From the NCBI GenBank assembly GCA_963754015.1, contig CAVWEG010000004.1, positions 332,734 through 396,733 of the forward strand: a stretch of DNA of 64,000 nucleotides, written 5' to 3'. Shown one piece after another: positions 46,490-57,767 of the stretch. Positions within the stretch are counted from its first letter, which is position 1; each line of letters starts with the position of its first letter. Source of the stretch: Candidatus Dormiibacterota bacterium. Lineage in GTDB: Bacteria > Chloroflexota > Dormibacteria > Aeolococcales > Aeolococcaceae. The notes beneath the pieces are model-generated. The model had not been told where the DNA came from and searched no databases. It saw only the letters and a list, made by a program, of their open reading frames with translations. Both the position numbers and the translations under genes were made by a program.

Positions 46490-49400
46490 ATGGACCCTGC
46501 GTTGGAGCACGACGCCTGCGGGGTCGCGTTCGTCGCCCGCATCGCCGGCGGCCCGACACATGGGGTGGTCGAGTCGGGCGTCGAGGCCCTGGTCAATCTC
46601 GGTCATCGAGGCGCGTCCGGGGCCGAGCCCGACAGCGGTGACGGCGCGGGCATCCTCATCCAGGTCCCGGACGATTTCCTCCGCGACGCCGCCGGTCTGT
46701 CATTGCCGGCGCCGGGCGCGTATGGCGTCGGCATGGTGATGCTTCCCCGGGAGGTGTCGGAGCGGGAGCGCTGCGAGGCAATCACGCAGCTGGCGTGCCG
46801 TGCCGAGGGACTGCGCATCCTGGGGTGGCGCGACGTGCCGGTGGTCCCCGACGCGCTCGGACAGAGTGCACGAGCCGGCTTGCCCGTCATCCGCCAGCTG
46901 TTCGTGGCCGCGATCGGGCTCGACGGAGCAGCGCTGGAAACTCGGTTGCTCGTCCTCCGCCGGGTCATCGAGCGCGACGCCCTGGCCGCAGGAATCGGCC
47001 GCGACCGGTTCCATTTCGCGAGCCTCTCGAGCCGCACGCTCATCTACAAAGGAATGCTCACCGCGGCGCAGTTGGCGGGGTTCTATCCGGACCTCGTTGA
47101 CGGACGTGTGACGTCGGCGCTGGCACTCGTGCACGCGCGCTTCTCCACCAACGTCTTGCCGCGTTGGGACCTTGCGCAGCCCTTCCGCATGTCGGCGCAC
47201 AACGGCGAGATCAACACGCTGCGCGGCAACGTCAACTGGATGCGCGCGCGCCAGTCCAAGTTCCGCAGCCCGCATTTCGGCGACGACATCGCCAAGCTCG
47301 TCCCGGTGCTCGACGAGAGCGGGTCGGACTCATCGCAGTTCGACAACGCGCTCGAGCTGCTCGCGATGACCGGCCGCTCCATCGAGCACGCGGTGATGAT
47401 GATGATCCCCGAGGCGTGGCATCAGAACGCGCTCATGGACGAGGAGCGTCGCGCCTTCTACGAGTTCCACAGCGCGCTACTCGAGCCGTGGGACGGTCCT
47501 GCAGCGATCGCCTTCACCGACGGCCGTGTCATCGGCGCGACGCTCGATCGCAACGGACTTCGCCCTGCTCGCTATCTCATCACCGATGACGGCCTCGTCG
47601 TCATGGCATCCGAGGCCGGTGTGCTCGACCTTCCTGAGGAACGAATCGTCCGCAAGTGGCGCCTGGAGCCGGGCCGTCTCCTCCTCGTCGACACCGCGGC
47701 GGGACGCGTGCTCGACGACAGCACCGTCAAGACGAAACTCGCGGCGACGCATCCGTACCGCGAGTGGATCCGCTCCGGGACCGTCCATCTCGATGAGCTC
47801 GATCCGCCCGACCACGTCCCGGCGCCCGATCCGGGGACGCTGCTCGTGCGCCAGCAGGCGTTCGGCTACAGCGTCGAGGACATCGCCGTGCTCCTGAGCC
47901 CCATGGGCCAGACCGGCGAGGAGGCCGTCGGCTCGATGGGCAACGACACCCCATTGGCGGTGCTGAGCGAGCGTCCGCTCCCCCTTTTCAACTACTTCAA
48001 GCAGCTGTTCGCGCAGGTCACCAACCCGCCGATCGATCCGATTCGCGAGCAGGCGGTCATGTCGCTTGTCACGTCGCTCGGCGCCGGCGGCAACCTCCTC
48101 GAGCAAGGCCCCGCACAGGCGATGCGCCTCGAGATGGCGCACCCGGTGCTCACCAACCACGACCTCGAAAAGCTGCGCCACGTCACGCAGCGCCAGTTCC
48201 CGGCCGAAACGATCTCGATGGTCTTCCATCGTGAGTCCGGTGCGGCCGGACTCCTCGAAGGGATCGAGCGCATCTGCCGGCTCGCGTCAGAGCAGATCGC
48301 CGCCGGTGCCACCGTGCTCATCCTCAGCGACCGGCACATCGACGCATCGCACGTGCCGATTCCCTCGTTGCTTGCCACAGCGGCTGTGCATCACCACCTC
48401 GTGCGCGAACAGACGCGAACCGGCGTCGGGCTCGTCATCGAGACCGGCGAAGCGCGCGAGGTCATGCACCTCGCGCTGCTCATCGGCTATGGCGCTGAAG
48501 CCGTCAACCCGTATCTCGCATTCGAAACGATTGCCGACATGGCCCGGCGCGGGCTCATGCCCGCTCCAGTCGAGCCCGCGCGCGCCGAGGAGCTGTACAT
48601 CCAGGCGCTCACGAAGGGGTTGCGCAAGACCATCGCCCGCATGGGCATCTCGACGATCCAGTCGTACTGCGGTGCGCAGATCTTCGAATGCCTCGGCATC
48701 GACCGCAGCGTCATCGATCGCTTCTTCCCGAACACCGCGTCGCGCATCGGCGGGATCGGTATCGATGTCATCGCGGCGGAGGCGCTCGCGCGCCACGAGC
48801 GCGCTTTCCCCGACGTGCGCATCACGCCGCCAACCCTCGAGGAGCGCGGGGAGTATCGATGGCGTCGCGAGGGCGAGCTGCATCAGTGGAATCCCGCGGT
48901 CATCGGTGCACTGCAGCACGCAGTGAAATCGGGTGACGAGTTCGGCATTCCGTGAGTACGTCGCGCTCGCGGACGACGAGTCGTGCCAGTTGAAGAACCT
49001 CCGCGGCCTGTTCGAGCTTCGTCCGGCCGCCGCGCCGGTGCCGCTCGACGAGGTCGAGCCCGCGCGGGACATCGTCCGCCGCTTCTCGACCGGCGGTATG
49101 TCGTACGGGTCGCTGAGCAAGGAGGTGCACGAGCTGCTCGCGATCGCGATGAACCGGATCGGCGGGCGCTCGAACACCGGTGAGGGCGGCGAAGACCCGT
49201 CGCGATACATCCTCGATGACAACGGCGATTCCCGGCGTAGCGCCATCAAACAGGTCGCGTCAGCGCGCTTCGGTGTCACCGCGCACTACCTCGTCAACGC
49301 CGATGAGCTGCAGATCAAGATCGCGCAGGGTGCGAAGCCCGGCGAGGGCGGCCAGATCCCCGGATTCAAGGTCGACGAGTCCATCGCGCGTCTGCGCCAC

Positions 49401-50954
49401 TCGACGCCCGGCGTCGGTCTCATCTCACCGCCGCCGCACCACGACATCTACTCGATCGAGGACCTTGCGCAGCTCATCTGGGATCTGCGCAGCGTGAATC
49501 CCAGCGCGCGCATCAGCGTCAAACTCGTTGCGGAAGCCGGCGTTGGCACGGTCGCCGCGGGTGTCGCCAAAGCACGCGCGGACCACATCGTCATCGCCGG
49601 CTACGAGGGCGGCACCGGCGCGTCACCGCTGACGGCCATCAAGCACGCCGGCGTGCCGTGGGAGCTGGGCCTTGCCGAGACGCAACAGGTGCTCATCCGC
49701 CAACGCCTGCGCAGCCGCGTGACCCTCCAGGCCGACGGGCAGATGAAGACGGGACGCGACGTCATCGTCGGCGCGCTGCTAGGAGCGGACGAGTTCGCGT
49801 TTGCGACCGCGCCGCTCATCGCGGCGGGGTGCGTGATGATGCGCGTCTGCCATCTCAACACCTGTCCCGTCGGCATCGCGACCCAGGACCCGGTGCTGCG
49901 CAGCAGATTCACCGGTCGAGCCGAGCACGTCGTCAGGTTCATGCTGTTGCTCGCCGAAGACGTGCGCCGCTGGATGGCGCATCTCGGTTTCCGGCGTTTC
50001 GAGGACATGATCGGGCGCGTCGACGTCATCGAGGCGCGACCCGCAGCCGAGCACTGGAAGGCGCGCGGCCTCGACTTTGGGAGTTTGCTGGCCGTCTCAG
50101 CAGTGACGTCAGAGGACGAGCGGCGGCAGAGCCGCGCGCAGGTTGCGGACCTCAGCGACATGCTCGACGTCACGCTGATGGAGGAATGCGCGCCGGCGCT
50201 CGACGGCACACGTCCTGTGCGCATCCGCACGCCGGTGCGCAACGTGCATCGCAGTGTCGGCGCGATGCTCAGCGGTGAAGTGGCGCGCCGTCATGGCGCG
50301 CCCGGTCTCCCCGACGGCAGCATCGAGATCGACCTTGACGGTGCGGCCGGCCAGTCGTTCGGCGCATGGCTCGCCGCGGGGATCACCCTCACGCTGCGCG
50401 GTGAGGCCAACGATTACGTGGGCAAGGGGTTGTCGGGCGGCAGGGTCGTCATCCGTCCGCCGCGTGCGGCACGTCGCCGCGCCGAGGACAACATCATCGT
50501 CGGCAACGTCGCGCTGTACGGTGCCACCAGCGGCGAGGCATTCATCCGTGGTGTTGCGGGTGAGCGGTTCGCCGTGCGCAACTCCGGAGCGGTTGCGGTG
50601 GTCGAAGGCGTCGGCGACCACGGCTGCGAGTACATGACCGGCGGCACGGTGCTCGTCATCGGGACCACCGGACGCAACTTCGCGGCTGGGATGAGCGGCG
50701 GGATCGCATTCGTGCTCGACGAGCAGGCGGACTTCGCGCAACGCTGCAATCTCGCGTCGGTCGCGCTCGAGGTGCCGCAACTCGACGATCTCGTCATCGT
50801 CCGAACTCTGCTCGAGCGCCATGCGTTGCTCACCGGCAGTGAGGTCGCGAAGCGGTTGCTGCGCAACTGGCGACAGGCGCGCGAGCGTTTCGTCAAGGTG
50901 CTCCCCGAGGAATATCGCCGCGCGCTGCGCTCCCATCTCGAGCTGGTCGGCTGA
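46490..50954 (+). CDS. gltB: Glutamate synthase large subunit, apparent frameshift near 48940
   Basis: N-terminal amidotransferase motif [14 protein letters not shown] and GXGXG domains. Two ORFs (46394-48955 and 48933-50954) overlap by 23 nt in different frames and together give ~1500 aa. Confidence 0.85.
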
Positions 50955-52388
50955 TGGTGGCGCGGACCGGCTTCCTCGAGCACACGCGACACACCGCGCA
51001 CAAACGGCCGGTCGAGGAACGCGTCGGCGACTACCGCGAGGTGTACGTTCTCGCTCTCCGTACAGACCCTTCGTGAGCAGGGATCGCGCTGCATGGACTG
51101 CGGCGTCGCGTTCTGTCATCAGGGATGTCCCCTCGGGAATCTCATCCCCGAATGGAATGACCTCGTTTCACACGATGACTGGCGCGCCGCCGTCGACCGG
51201 CTGCACGCAACGAACAACTTCCCTGAGTTCACCGGCAGGCTGTGCCCCGCACCGTGCGAGCCGGCATGCGTCCTCGCCATCAACGATGACCCCGTCGCCA
51301 TCAAGCAGATCGAGCAGTCGATCATCGATCGCGCGTTCGATGAGGGATGGATACGTGCCGAGCCCCCCGCGCATCGCACCAACAAGCGCGTCGCAATCGT
51401 CGGCTCGGGTCCTGCAGGGCTGGCCGCCGCGCAACAGTTGAACCGTGCCGGCCATCACGTCACGGTCTTCGAGCGCTCGGACCGTGTCGGCGGCCTCCTG
51501 CGGTACGGCATCCCGGATTTCAAGATGGAGAAATGGGTCGTCGATCGCCGTGTCGGTATCCTCGAAGCCGAGGGGATCACGTTCGAGACGGGATACGACA
51601 TCGGCGTCGACATCACCGCCGAGCAACTCCGTGAACGCTTCGACGCCGTCGTCCTCGGCGTCGGCGCCGACCGGCCGCGCGAAATCGATGTCCCCGGCCG
51701 GGAGCTTCGCGGCATCCATGTCGCGATGGACTACCTCGTGCAGCAGAATCGGCGCGTTGCCGGGGAGCGGGTGCTCGCGGTTCCTGAGATCACCGCAAGC
51801 GGAAGAGCCGTGGTCATCATCGGAGGCGGTGACACGGGCGCCGACTGCCTCGGCAACGTGATCCGCGAGGGGTGCTCGGGCGTGCAGCAGCTCTACCTCT
51901 ACCCGCAACCGCCGGACACCCGACCGGACGGGAACCCCTGGCCGCAGTGGCCGCTCATCCTGCGGACGTATCCCGCGCATGACGAGGGCGGGTCGCGCGA
52001 GTTCGGCCTCATGGTCACGGGTTTCGAAGGCGACGGTGGCGACGTCAAGCGGGTGCGGGCGATGCGCGTTGAGGCGCGCCGGGAGAACGGCGTGCGCAGC
52101 TTCACCGCGGTCGCCGACGGTGAGGTCAGCCTCGACGCCGACCTCGTGCTCATCGCGATCGGCTACGACGGTCCACATCGCTCGACACTCCTCGACGGGC
52201 TCTCCATCGATCGCGACAACGCCGGCAATCTCGCCGTCGACGGGTCGTTCGCATGCGCGACGCCGGGAGTCTTCGCGGCGGGCGACGCGGTGCGCGGTGC
52301 ATCACTCATCGTCTGGGCCATTGCCGACGGCCGGGCGGCCGCACGCAGCTGTGATGCGTACCTCATGGGGACTGTCCGGCTACCCTGA
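50954..52388 (+). CDS. gltD: Glutamate synthase small subunit, apparent frameshift near 51040
   Basis: The conserved N-terminus [13 protein letters not shown]...YREVY is encoded from an ATG overlapping the gltB stop. It continues in another frame as VQTLREQGSRCMDCGVAFC. VAIVGSGPAGLAAA motif. Confidence 0.85.
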
Positions 52389-52396
52389 CCCGACCC

Positions 52397-53188
52397 ATGG
52401 TCCAGCGATCCTTCCTCGGAACGTCAACGCTCGCGTTTGCCCACCGCGGCGGTGGCGGCGACGCGCCGGAAAACACATGGCCGGCATTCGAGGCCGCGGT
52501 CGCGCTTGGATATCGCTATCTCGAGACGGACGTCCAGCTCACCCGCGACGGCATGCTGCTCACCTTCCACGACAACACGCTCGATCGCCTCACCGACCGG
52601 ACGGGCGCGATTGCGGATCTCACCCATGCCGAGATCCGCGAGGCGGATGCCGGCTATGCGTTCAGCCCCGACGGCGGCCTGACCTTCCCCTTTCGTGGGA
52701 AGGGCGTGACGATGCCGACGCTCGAGGAGCTCCTCACGCGATGGGACGACGTCTACGTGAACATCGACGCGAAGACCGACGAGACGGTTGCCCCGCTCGT
52801 CGAGCTCATCAGCCGGCTCGATGCGTTCGGACGCGTGTGCATCGGGTCGTTCTCGGATCGCCGCGTCGCACGCATCCGCGCGCTCGCATGCGGGCGCATC
52901 TGCTCATCGATGGGGCAGGTCGCGACCGGCACTGCCTTCCTCGTGTCTCGTTCGGGCCGCATGCCGGCGTTTCACGCCGACTGCCTGCAGGTCCCAAAGC
53001 GCTGGGGCATCCTCCGTATCGATCGACGCTTCGTGCGGGCGGCGCATCGGGCGGGGCTGCGGGTCCACGTGTGGACGATCGACGACGAGGCGGACATGGA
53101 CTACCTCCTCGATCTCGACGTCGACGGGATCATGACCGACCGACCGCGCGTGCTCAAGGCGGTGTTCGAGCGCCGCGGCCTCTGGTAG
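52397..53188 (+). CDS. Glycerophosphodiester phosphodiesterase family protein
   Basis: HRGGGGDAPENTWPAFEAAVALGYRYLETDVQLTRDGMLLTFHD, the GDPD catalytic signature. Confidence 0.8.
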   Translation: MVQRSFLGTSTLAFAHRGGGGDAPENTWPAFEAAVALGYRYLETDVQLTRDGMLLTFHDNTLDRLTDRTGAIADLTHAEIREADAGYAFSPDGGLTFPFRGKGVTMPTLEELLTRWDDVYVNIDAKTDETVAPLVELISRLDAFGRVCIGSFSDRRVARIRALACGRICSSMGQVATGTAFLVSRSGRMPAFHADCLQVPKRWGILRIDRRFVRAAHRAGLRVHVWTIDDEADMDYLLDLDVDGIMTDRPRVLKAVFERRGLW

Positions 53189-53199
53189 CTAACGGCTGA

Positions 53200-53862
53200 T
53201 CAGCCGACAACCAGCGCGAACGCGTACCCGTCCCAGTCCTTGACGCCCACGGTCTGAATGACCGCCGGGATGATGCGCCTGTCCGCCGCCATCTGCTCGA
53301 GGAGCTGGCGCATGCCGGCTGAATCCGGATCGTCACGCTCGAAATCGATGAGCCTGCCCTGACGCACGACGTTGTCCACGATGATCAAGCTCCCGACGTG
53401 GGCGAGATCAACGGCGGCAGCGAAGTACGCGGGCGTGTTGCGTTTGTCGGCGTCGATGAAGACGAGGTCGAACGGTTCCTCGTGATCAGCCTTCAGTTGC
53501 GTGAGGGTGTCGAGCGCGGGGGCGACGCGCACCTCGACCTTGCTGTCGAGTCCGGCGCGCGCAATGTTGCCGCGAGCAACTGCGGCGTGCTCCTCGCTGA
53601 TCTCGAGGCTGATCAGGCGCCCGCCGTCCGGGAGCGCGCGCCCGAGCCAGATCGCGCTGTAGCCCCCGAGTGTGCCGATCTCGAGGATGCGCTTGGCATT
53701 GATGGCGCGAGCGAGGAGGTGCAGGAACTGTCCCTGCGCGGGTGCCACCGCGATGTTGGGCAGCGCCGCGCTATCCCGAATCGCTGCCTCGAGCACAGGG
53801 TCAGCCGGCTGCAACAGGCCCGTCGTGTACTCGTCGACGGAATCCCAACGTTCGTCACTCAT
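53200..53862 (-). CDS. Class I SAM-dependent O-methyltransferase (caffeoyl-CoA OMT-like)
   Basis: SAM motif ILEIGTLGGYSAIWL, and the acidic DLVFIDADK. Confidence 0.8.
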   Translation of the reverse strand: MSDERWDSVDEYTTGLLQPADPVLEAAIRDSAALPNIAVAPAQGQFLHLLARAINAKRILEIGTLGGYSAIWLGRALPDGGRLISLEISEEHAAVARGNIARAGLDSKVEVRVAPALDTLTQLKADHEEPFDLVFIDADKRNTPAYFAAAVDLAHVGSLIIVDNVVRQGRLIDFERDDPDSAGMRQLLEQMAADRRIIPAVIQTVGVKDWDGYAFALVVG

Positions 53863-54640
53863 CGCTCGCGAGTCTAGTCCGGCGGGCCACCCAGACCTCC
53901 TCGCACGGCCAGCGGCGGGCCCATTCCAGGGTCACGAACGGATAGCGAGTGGTGGCGCCGACAGGTGGCTGCAGCTCGATGAGGTTCTCGATCGCAAAGC
54001 CGGTGCGCCGGAGCAGGCGGATCCAGTCCCCATGGGTGAGGTGGAACTCGACGCTGTCATCGTCGGGCCACTCGAACCGATGCATGCCGAAGTAGTCGCG
54101 GCGAAGGGTTGCGGTCGCTGGTCCGTCAGCGTCTGACTCCGGCACGGTGAGAACCAGCAGTGGCGCATTGCCGAGGAAGATGAGGCGGCCGCCGGGCCGC
54201 AGCAATCGTGCCGCCTCCGGGATCCATCGATACGGGTCGCACCAGATGGCAGCGCCGTATTCGCTGATCGCCAGGTCGAAGCTGGCGTCCGCGAGTGGGA
54301 CCGCCTCCGCGTTGCCCTGGATCAGCGGAAAGTGCAGATCGTGCTCGTCCTGCAGCGCCCGCGCTGTGGCGAGCTGGTTCTCGGACATGTCGATACCGAC
54401 CGGCCGCGCGCCGCGCCGCGCGAGCCACGCCGACACGTATGCGGTGCCGCATCCGAGCTCGATGACGTCCAGCCCGTCGACGTCGGGCAGGAGGTGCACG
54501 TCGGTCTCGGGAATGCTCCAGATGCCCCACGACGGCTCGTGCGCCCAGTTCTGCCGTCCCGGCTCGGCGTACTCAGCCGCGGACACGTTCCAGGCGGCGC
54601 GGTTTCGAGCGACGTGATCGGAGGGTTGATCAGCAGCCAT
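53855..54640 (-). CDS. Class I SAM-dependent methyltransferase (type 11-like)
   Basis: [28 protein letters not shown] motif I/II. Start trimmed to Met25 because the ORF-track start at 54712 overlaps tRNA-His. Confidence 0.7.
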   Translation of the reverse strand: MAADQPSDHVARNRAAWNVSAAEYAEPGRQNWAHEPSWGIWSIPETDVHLLPDVDGLDVIELGCGTAYVSAWLARRGARPVGIDMSENQLATARALQDEHDLHFPLIQGNAEAVPLADASFDLAISEYGAAIWCDPYRWIPEAARLLRPGGRLIFLGNAPLLVLTVPESDADGPATATLRRDYFGMHRFEWPDDDSVEFHLTHGDWIRLLRRTGFAIENLIELQPPVGATTRYPFVTLEWARRWPCEEVWVARRTRLASDE

Positions 54641-54669
54641 CGCGGGCGACTGTACCCGCCTGGCGGGAT

Positions 54670-54747
54670 TGGGGTGGCCAGCGGGGGTCGAACCCGCGAC
54701 CTCCAGGGCCACAACCTGGCACTCTAACCAACTGAGCTATGGCCACC
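54670..54747 (-). tRNA. tRNA-His (anticodon GTG) with a 5' G-1 and encoded CCA
   Basis: Reverse complement GGTGGCCATAGCTCAGTTGGTTAGAGTGCCAGGTTGTGGCCCTGGAGGTCGCGGGTTCGACCCCCGCTGGCCACCCCA. Anticodon stem CCAGG/CCTGG with loop TTGTGGC. Confidence 0.85.
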
Positions 54748-54832
54748 ATGAGACGCCGAATGGGAGGCCTCGCGATTATATGGCCCGCCGCCTGGCGGTC
54801 CGGACGAATTCCCGAAGGTAAACTCGCGACTG

Positions 54833-54908
54833 GCCCCCGTAGCTCAGCGGATAGAGCGGCGAGCTTCTAACTCGATGGTCGTGGGTTCAACTCCTACCGG
54901 GGGCGCCA
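54833..54908 (+). tRNA. tRNA-Arg (anticodon TCT)
   Basis: Acceptor GCCCCCG/CGGGGGC; D-arm GCTC-AGCGGATA-GAGC; anticodon loop CTTCTAA; T-arm GTGGG-TTCAACT-CCTAC; encoded CCA. First anticodon-stem pair is a mismatch. Confidence 0.8.
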
Positions 54909-54917
54909 ACTCGCGTG

Positions 54918-55268
54918 TCAACCGGTCATCACCGAACGGACGGCGAACAGCAGTGTCGCCACCGCGCCGGCAGTGAGCCACAACCGCTTGTCGCGGTCCT
55001 TGAGCGGCGCACCCATCCACCTCGAGAGCGGGAGTGCGAGCAGGGTTGCCGCGCCGTACAACCAGTGCAGCGCATCGTGCGGCCGGTGACCGGTCGCGAC
55101 AAGGACGAGCCCAATGAGCACCTGAACGCCGATCACCGCCGCCGCAATCCGAGTGTAGATGCGGAGAGCCGCCACTATTTGCGGGCGGAACAGGCTGATC
55201 ACGGCAACGATTGCGCCCGCCGTCGCACCAACGACGATGGCGAGACCGAACCAGTCGTGGATCACCAT
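54918..55268 (-). CDS. Membrane protein (three to four TM helices)
   Basis: ORF track; hydrophobic throughout. Confidence 0.4.
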   Translation of the reverse strand: MVIHDWFGLAIVVGATAGAIVAVISLFRPQIVAALRIYTRIAAAVIGVQVLIGLVLVATGHRPHDALHWLYGAATLLALPLSRWMGAPLKDRDKRLWLTAGAVATLLFAVRSVMTG

Positions 55269-55885
55269 GGCTGGGGAAGCCTAGGCCCTCCAGGCCTCAC
55301 GTGGGCACGGCATGGCGACCGCTCAGGGCCTTTCCGACGCCTGCACCAGAGCGGCAAGCACGCACCAGCGTTGCCAGTGATGGTCATTGATTGCCGTACG
55401 ACGCAGGGATCGGCACGCTTCCGCACCGGGAAACGCGCTGTGGGCGGAAACCGGCTCGTATCGGCGACAGCCCTCGACGGAATCGGAGCCATAGGGACAC
55501 GGGTGTCCGGCCAATGCGACTTCCGAGATCCGAATCCCGTCCACGTTTCCCACAGGCTGAGCATGGTCTGAGCGTTCCCGGCCCGACAAGTGGCTTTTGT
55601 CACACCGTGTGAGGTCCGAAGACCGGTCGTGTTGACGACCGCCGGCACTTGGCGAAGGCAACGCCCGGTGGCAGTCTCCTCGGCGAGAAAGAATCGTCGA
55701 ACGGAGACCGAACGCCGCATGACCATCGCCAACCGAACGTCATCACCGCTCTGTACGCGAGCGGACCGACGTGCGACACGTAAGACGCCCACTCTCGCCG
55801 TGCAGGCGGGATTCGCGCGACGGCACATGCGTGCAGCGCCGATCGCCGGAGTGGCGCCCGCGATTCGGGTTGCAGGAGCGGTCAT

Positions 55886-56041
55886 ATGAATGAGCCGGCC
55901 CCCTACTTCCACTGGGGTTTCATCCTCATCTCGCTGCCGAATCTCGTGCTCATCGGCGTGATGGTGCTGCTGTTCGTTGCTGCGCTCATCGCTCCTTTCC
56001 CGGGGCACGCGGTGAACAAGGAGGAGCGCGATGACCACTGA
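55886..56041 (+). CDS. Small single-TM protein (51 aa) coupled to the cytochrome b gene
   Basis: Absent from the ORF track (<60 aa). AGGAG lies ~9 nt upstream of the ATG. MNEPAPYFHWGFILISLPNLVLIGVMVLLFVAALIAPFPGHAVNKEERDDH. Its stop overlaps the cytochrome b start region. Confidence 0.35.
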   Translation: MNEPAPYFHWGFILISLPNLVLIGVMVLLFVAALIAPFPGHAVNKEERDDH

Positions 56042-56714
56042 GTCAGTGAATCCTCCCGTTGACGCGAACACCGAAGCATCGACGTCCGCATCCGAACCGG
56101 GTTGGACGGCGGCGATCCGCAGTCGTGTGTCAAAGACGATCCCCTTGACCGAGCTCCTGCCGACACGGCAACCCGCGTACGTCGGCTCGTGGGTGTATGC
56201 ATTCGGCGTCGTGACGATCGCGGCCCTGTTCTGGGTGGTCCTCAGCGGCGTGGTCCTGGCGTTCTTCGGCTCCGAGTGGTGGCACATCTCTGCGGTTGGA
56301 AAGTTCTTCAACAGCGTTCACTTCTGGTCGGTCCAGATGTTCTTCATCTTCATGGTGCTGCACTTGTGGGGACAGTTCTGGGGCGCCGGCTGGCGTGACG
56401 GCCGCGCTGCGACATGGATGGTGGGCGTTGTCATCTTCCTCGTGAGCGTCGTGACGGCGTTCACGGGCTACCTCATCCAGCAGAACTTCAACTCGCAGTG
56501 GATCGCGCTGAACGCCAAGGACGGCATCAACTCCACCGGCGTCGGTGGGCTGTTCAACGTGCTGAACTTCGGACAGCAGTACGGCTTGCATGTGATGTTG
56601 TTCCCGATCGGCGTCACCGTGCTCGTCGCGCTCCATGTCATCCAGGTGCGAAGCCGAGGGGTCGTCCGTCCAATTGGCGATCCGGTCCCCGATGACGCGA
56701 GTAGCGGAGCATGA
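56031..56714 (+). CDS. Cytochrome b (N-terminal, b6-like domain) of a bc-type complex
   Basis: 227 aa with four TM helices and conserved His-containing helices (HISAVGKFFNSVHFWSVQMFFIFMVLHLWGQFW). Confidence 0.75.
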   Translation: MTTESVNPPVDANTEASTSASEPGWTAAIRSRVSKTIPLTELLPTRQPAYVGSWVYAFGVVTIAALFWVVLSGVVLAFFGSEWWHISAVGKFFNSVHFWSVQMFFIFMVLHLWGQFWGAGWRDGRAATWMVGVVIFLVSVVTAFTGYLIQQNFNSQWIALNAKDGINSTGVGGLFNVLNFGQQYGLHVMLFPIGVTVLVALHVIQVRSRGVVRPIGDPVPDDASSGA

Positions 56715-57757
56715 GCAACGCAACGCGACATCCGAAGATGGACAAGGCGACGTACTACCGCGGCGTCAGGATGATGCCGTACGACCTCATCAAGGAACTC
56801 GCCATCGCCATGGTCGGCGTCCTCGTCCTCGTGTTGGTCCTCTCCGTGACGCTGTCGTCGCCCGACGTTCCCTCGGTCACGATCCAGAGCTGGGCCAAGG
56901 CGGACCCCGTCGACTTCGTCACCACAGCGACGTCCGAGCTTGCAGGAACGTCCGGCATCGCGACCTACGGACCGCCGTACAACACCCAGAACGGCGCCGT
57001 CCAAACGCTCTGGTTTCTTGACCCGCAGGAATGGGCCGGCGTACATGTCCCAACCAACGCCGCCAACGATTTCGTGTTGTCGCCACTCCAGCAGACAACG
57101 CTCGGTGACAGCGAGCTGACTGATGCGCTGTCTACGTACAACGGTGCGGGGAATGACCAGCAGACGAAGTGGTTGACCAACTACAACAACGCGCTGGCAA
57201 AGGCGACGGTCAACAGCAACGGCATGATCGTTGTCCCCAGCGGTGACTACGGGCCTGTCCAGGTGATGATGACCCGGATGCTCACGCTGGCGCGGTCCGG
57301 CGGCCTGGACGCGCTGCTGCTCTCGAGCAACCACTTCTATCAGACCGACTTCAGCAAGGCCCTCCTGTTTCTCGGTGACAGCGGATACCTCGGGAACCTC
57401 GCGGTGACGCAGAACCTTGACGGTAGCCAGTGGGGAATGATGAATGAGACCGGGCGCTACCCCGGCCAGGCATGGCTTTGGCTTTACACGATGTGGTACC
57501 AGATCCCGCCGTTCAACTCGGACACCGGCTTCCTCGGCGTCAGCGGCGCGAACGCGGACCTCGCCGTCGTCGCCGTGATGCTCGTGTTGAGCGTCCTGCT
57601 CATCCTGGTTCCGTTCATCCCAGGGCTCCGCGACATCCCACGGTGGATCCCCATCCATCAACTCATCTGGCGCCGCCACTACGCGGAGATGCGTACATCA
57701 CCGCGCAGCGGGACGGTGAAACCCTTACCGGTGATAAAACCCGAGGCGACCTTTTAG
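56711..57757 (+). CDS. Membrane protein, possibly a cytochrome b C-terminal/subunit-IV-like partner with a large N/S/T-rich extracytoplasmic insert
   Basis: ATGA-coupled to the cytochrome b6-like gene. N-terminal TM, a ~220-aa polar insert, then C-terminal TM helices with a PEWY-like stretch (LWLYTMWYQIPPF...LILVPFIPG). No Cys, so not a cytochrome c. Confidence 0.4.
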   Translation: MSNATRHPKMDKATYYRGVRMMPYDLIKELAIAMVGVLVLVLVLSVTLSSPDVPSVTIQSWAKADPVDFVTTATSELAGTSGIATYGPPYNTQNGAVQTLWFLDPQEWAGVHVPTNAANDFVLSPLQQTTLGDSELTDALSTYNGAGNDQQTKWLTNYNNALAKATVNSNGMIVVPSGDYGPVQVMMTRMLTLARSGGLDALLLSSNHFYQTDFSKALLFLGDSGYLGNLAVTQNLDGSQWGMMNETGRYPGQAWLWLYTMWYQIPPFNSDTGFLGVSGANADLAVVAVMLVLSVLLILVPFIPGLRDIPRWIPIHQLIWRRHYAEMRTSPRSGTVKPLPVIKPEATF

Positions 57758-57767
57758 CAGACGCCGC

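Noticed and set aside
54640-54712. ORF-track start of the type-11 methyltransferase at 54712
   Set aside because: That start would overlap tRNA-His (54670-54747) on the same strand. The start was moved to the internal Met at 54640.
55269-55885. Long non-coding stretch upstream of cytochrome b, screened by eye for RNase P RNA, tmRNA (tag reading frame, GGACGGGGGTTCAAATCC-type end) and SRP RNA (GGAAGG domain IV)
   Set aside because: None of the conserved motifs is present. The GGATTCGGATC stretch on the minus strand does not form a T-arm. It is left as an unexplained leader.
55262-56311. 349-aa ORF on the minus strand (MKNFPTAEMCHHSEP...)
   Set aside because: It has low-complexity, Arg/Pro/Thr-rich composition typical of antisense frames in GC-rich DNA. 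It overlaps the well-supported cytochrome b6-like gene by ~280 nt on the opposite strand.
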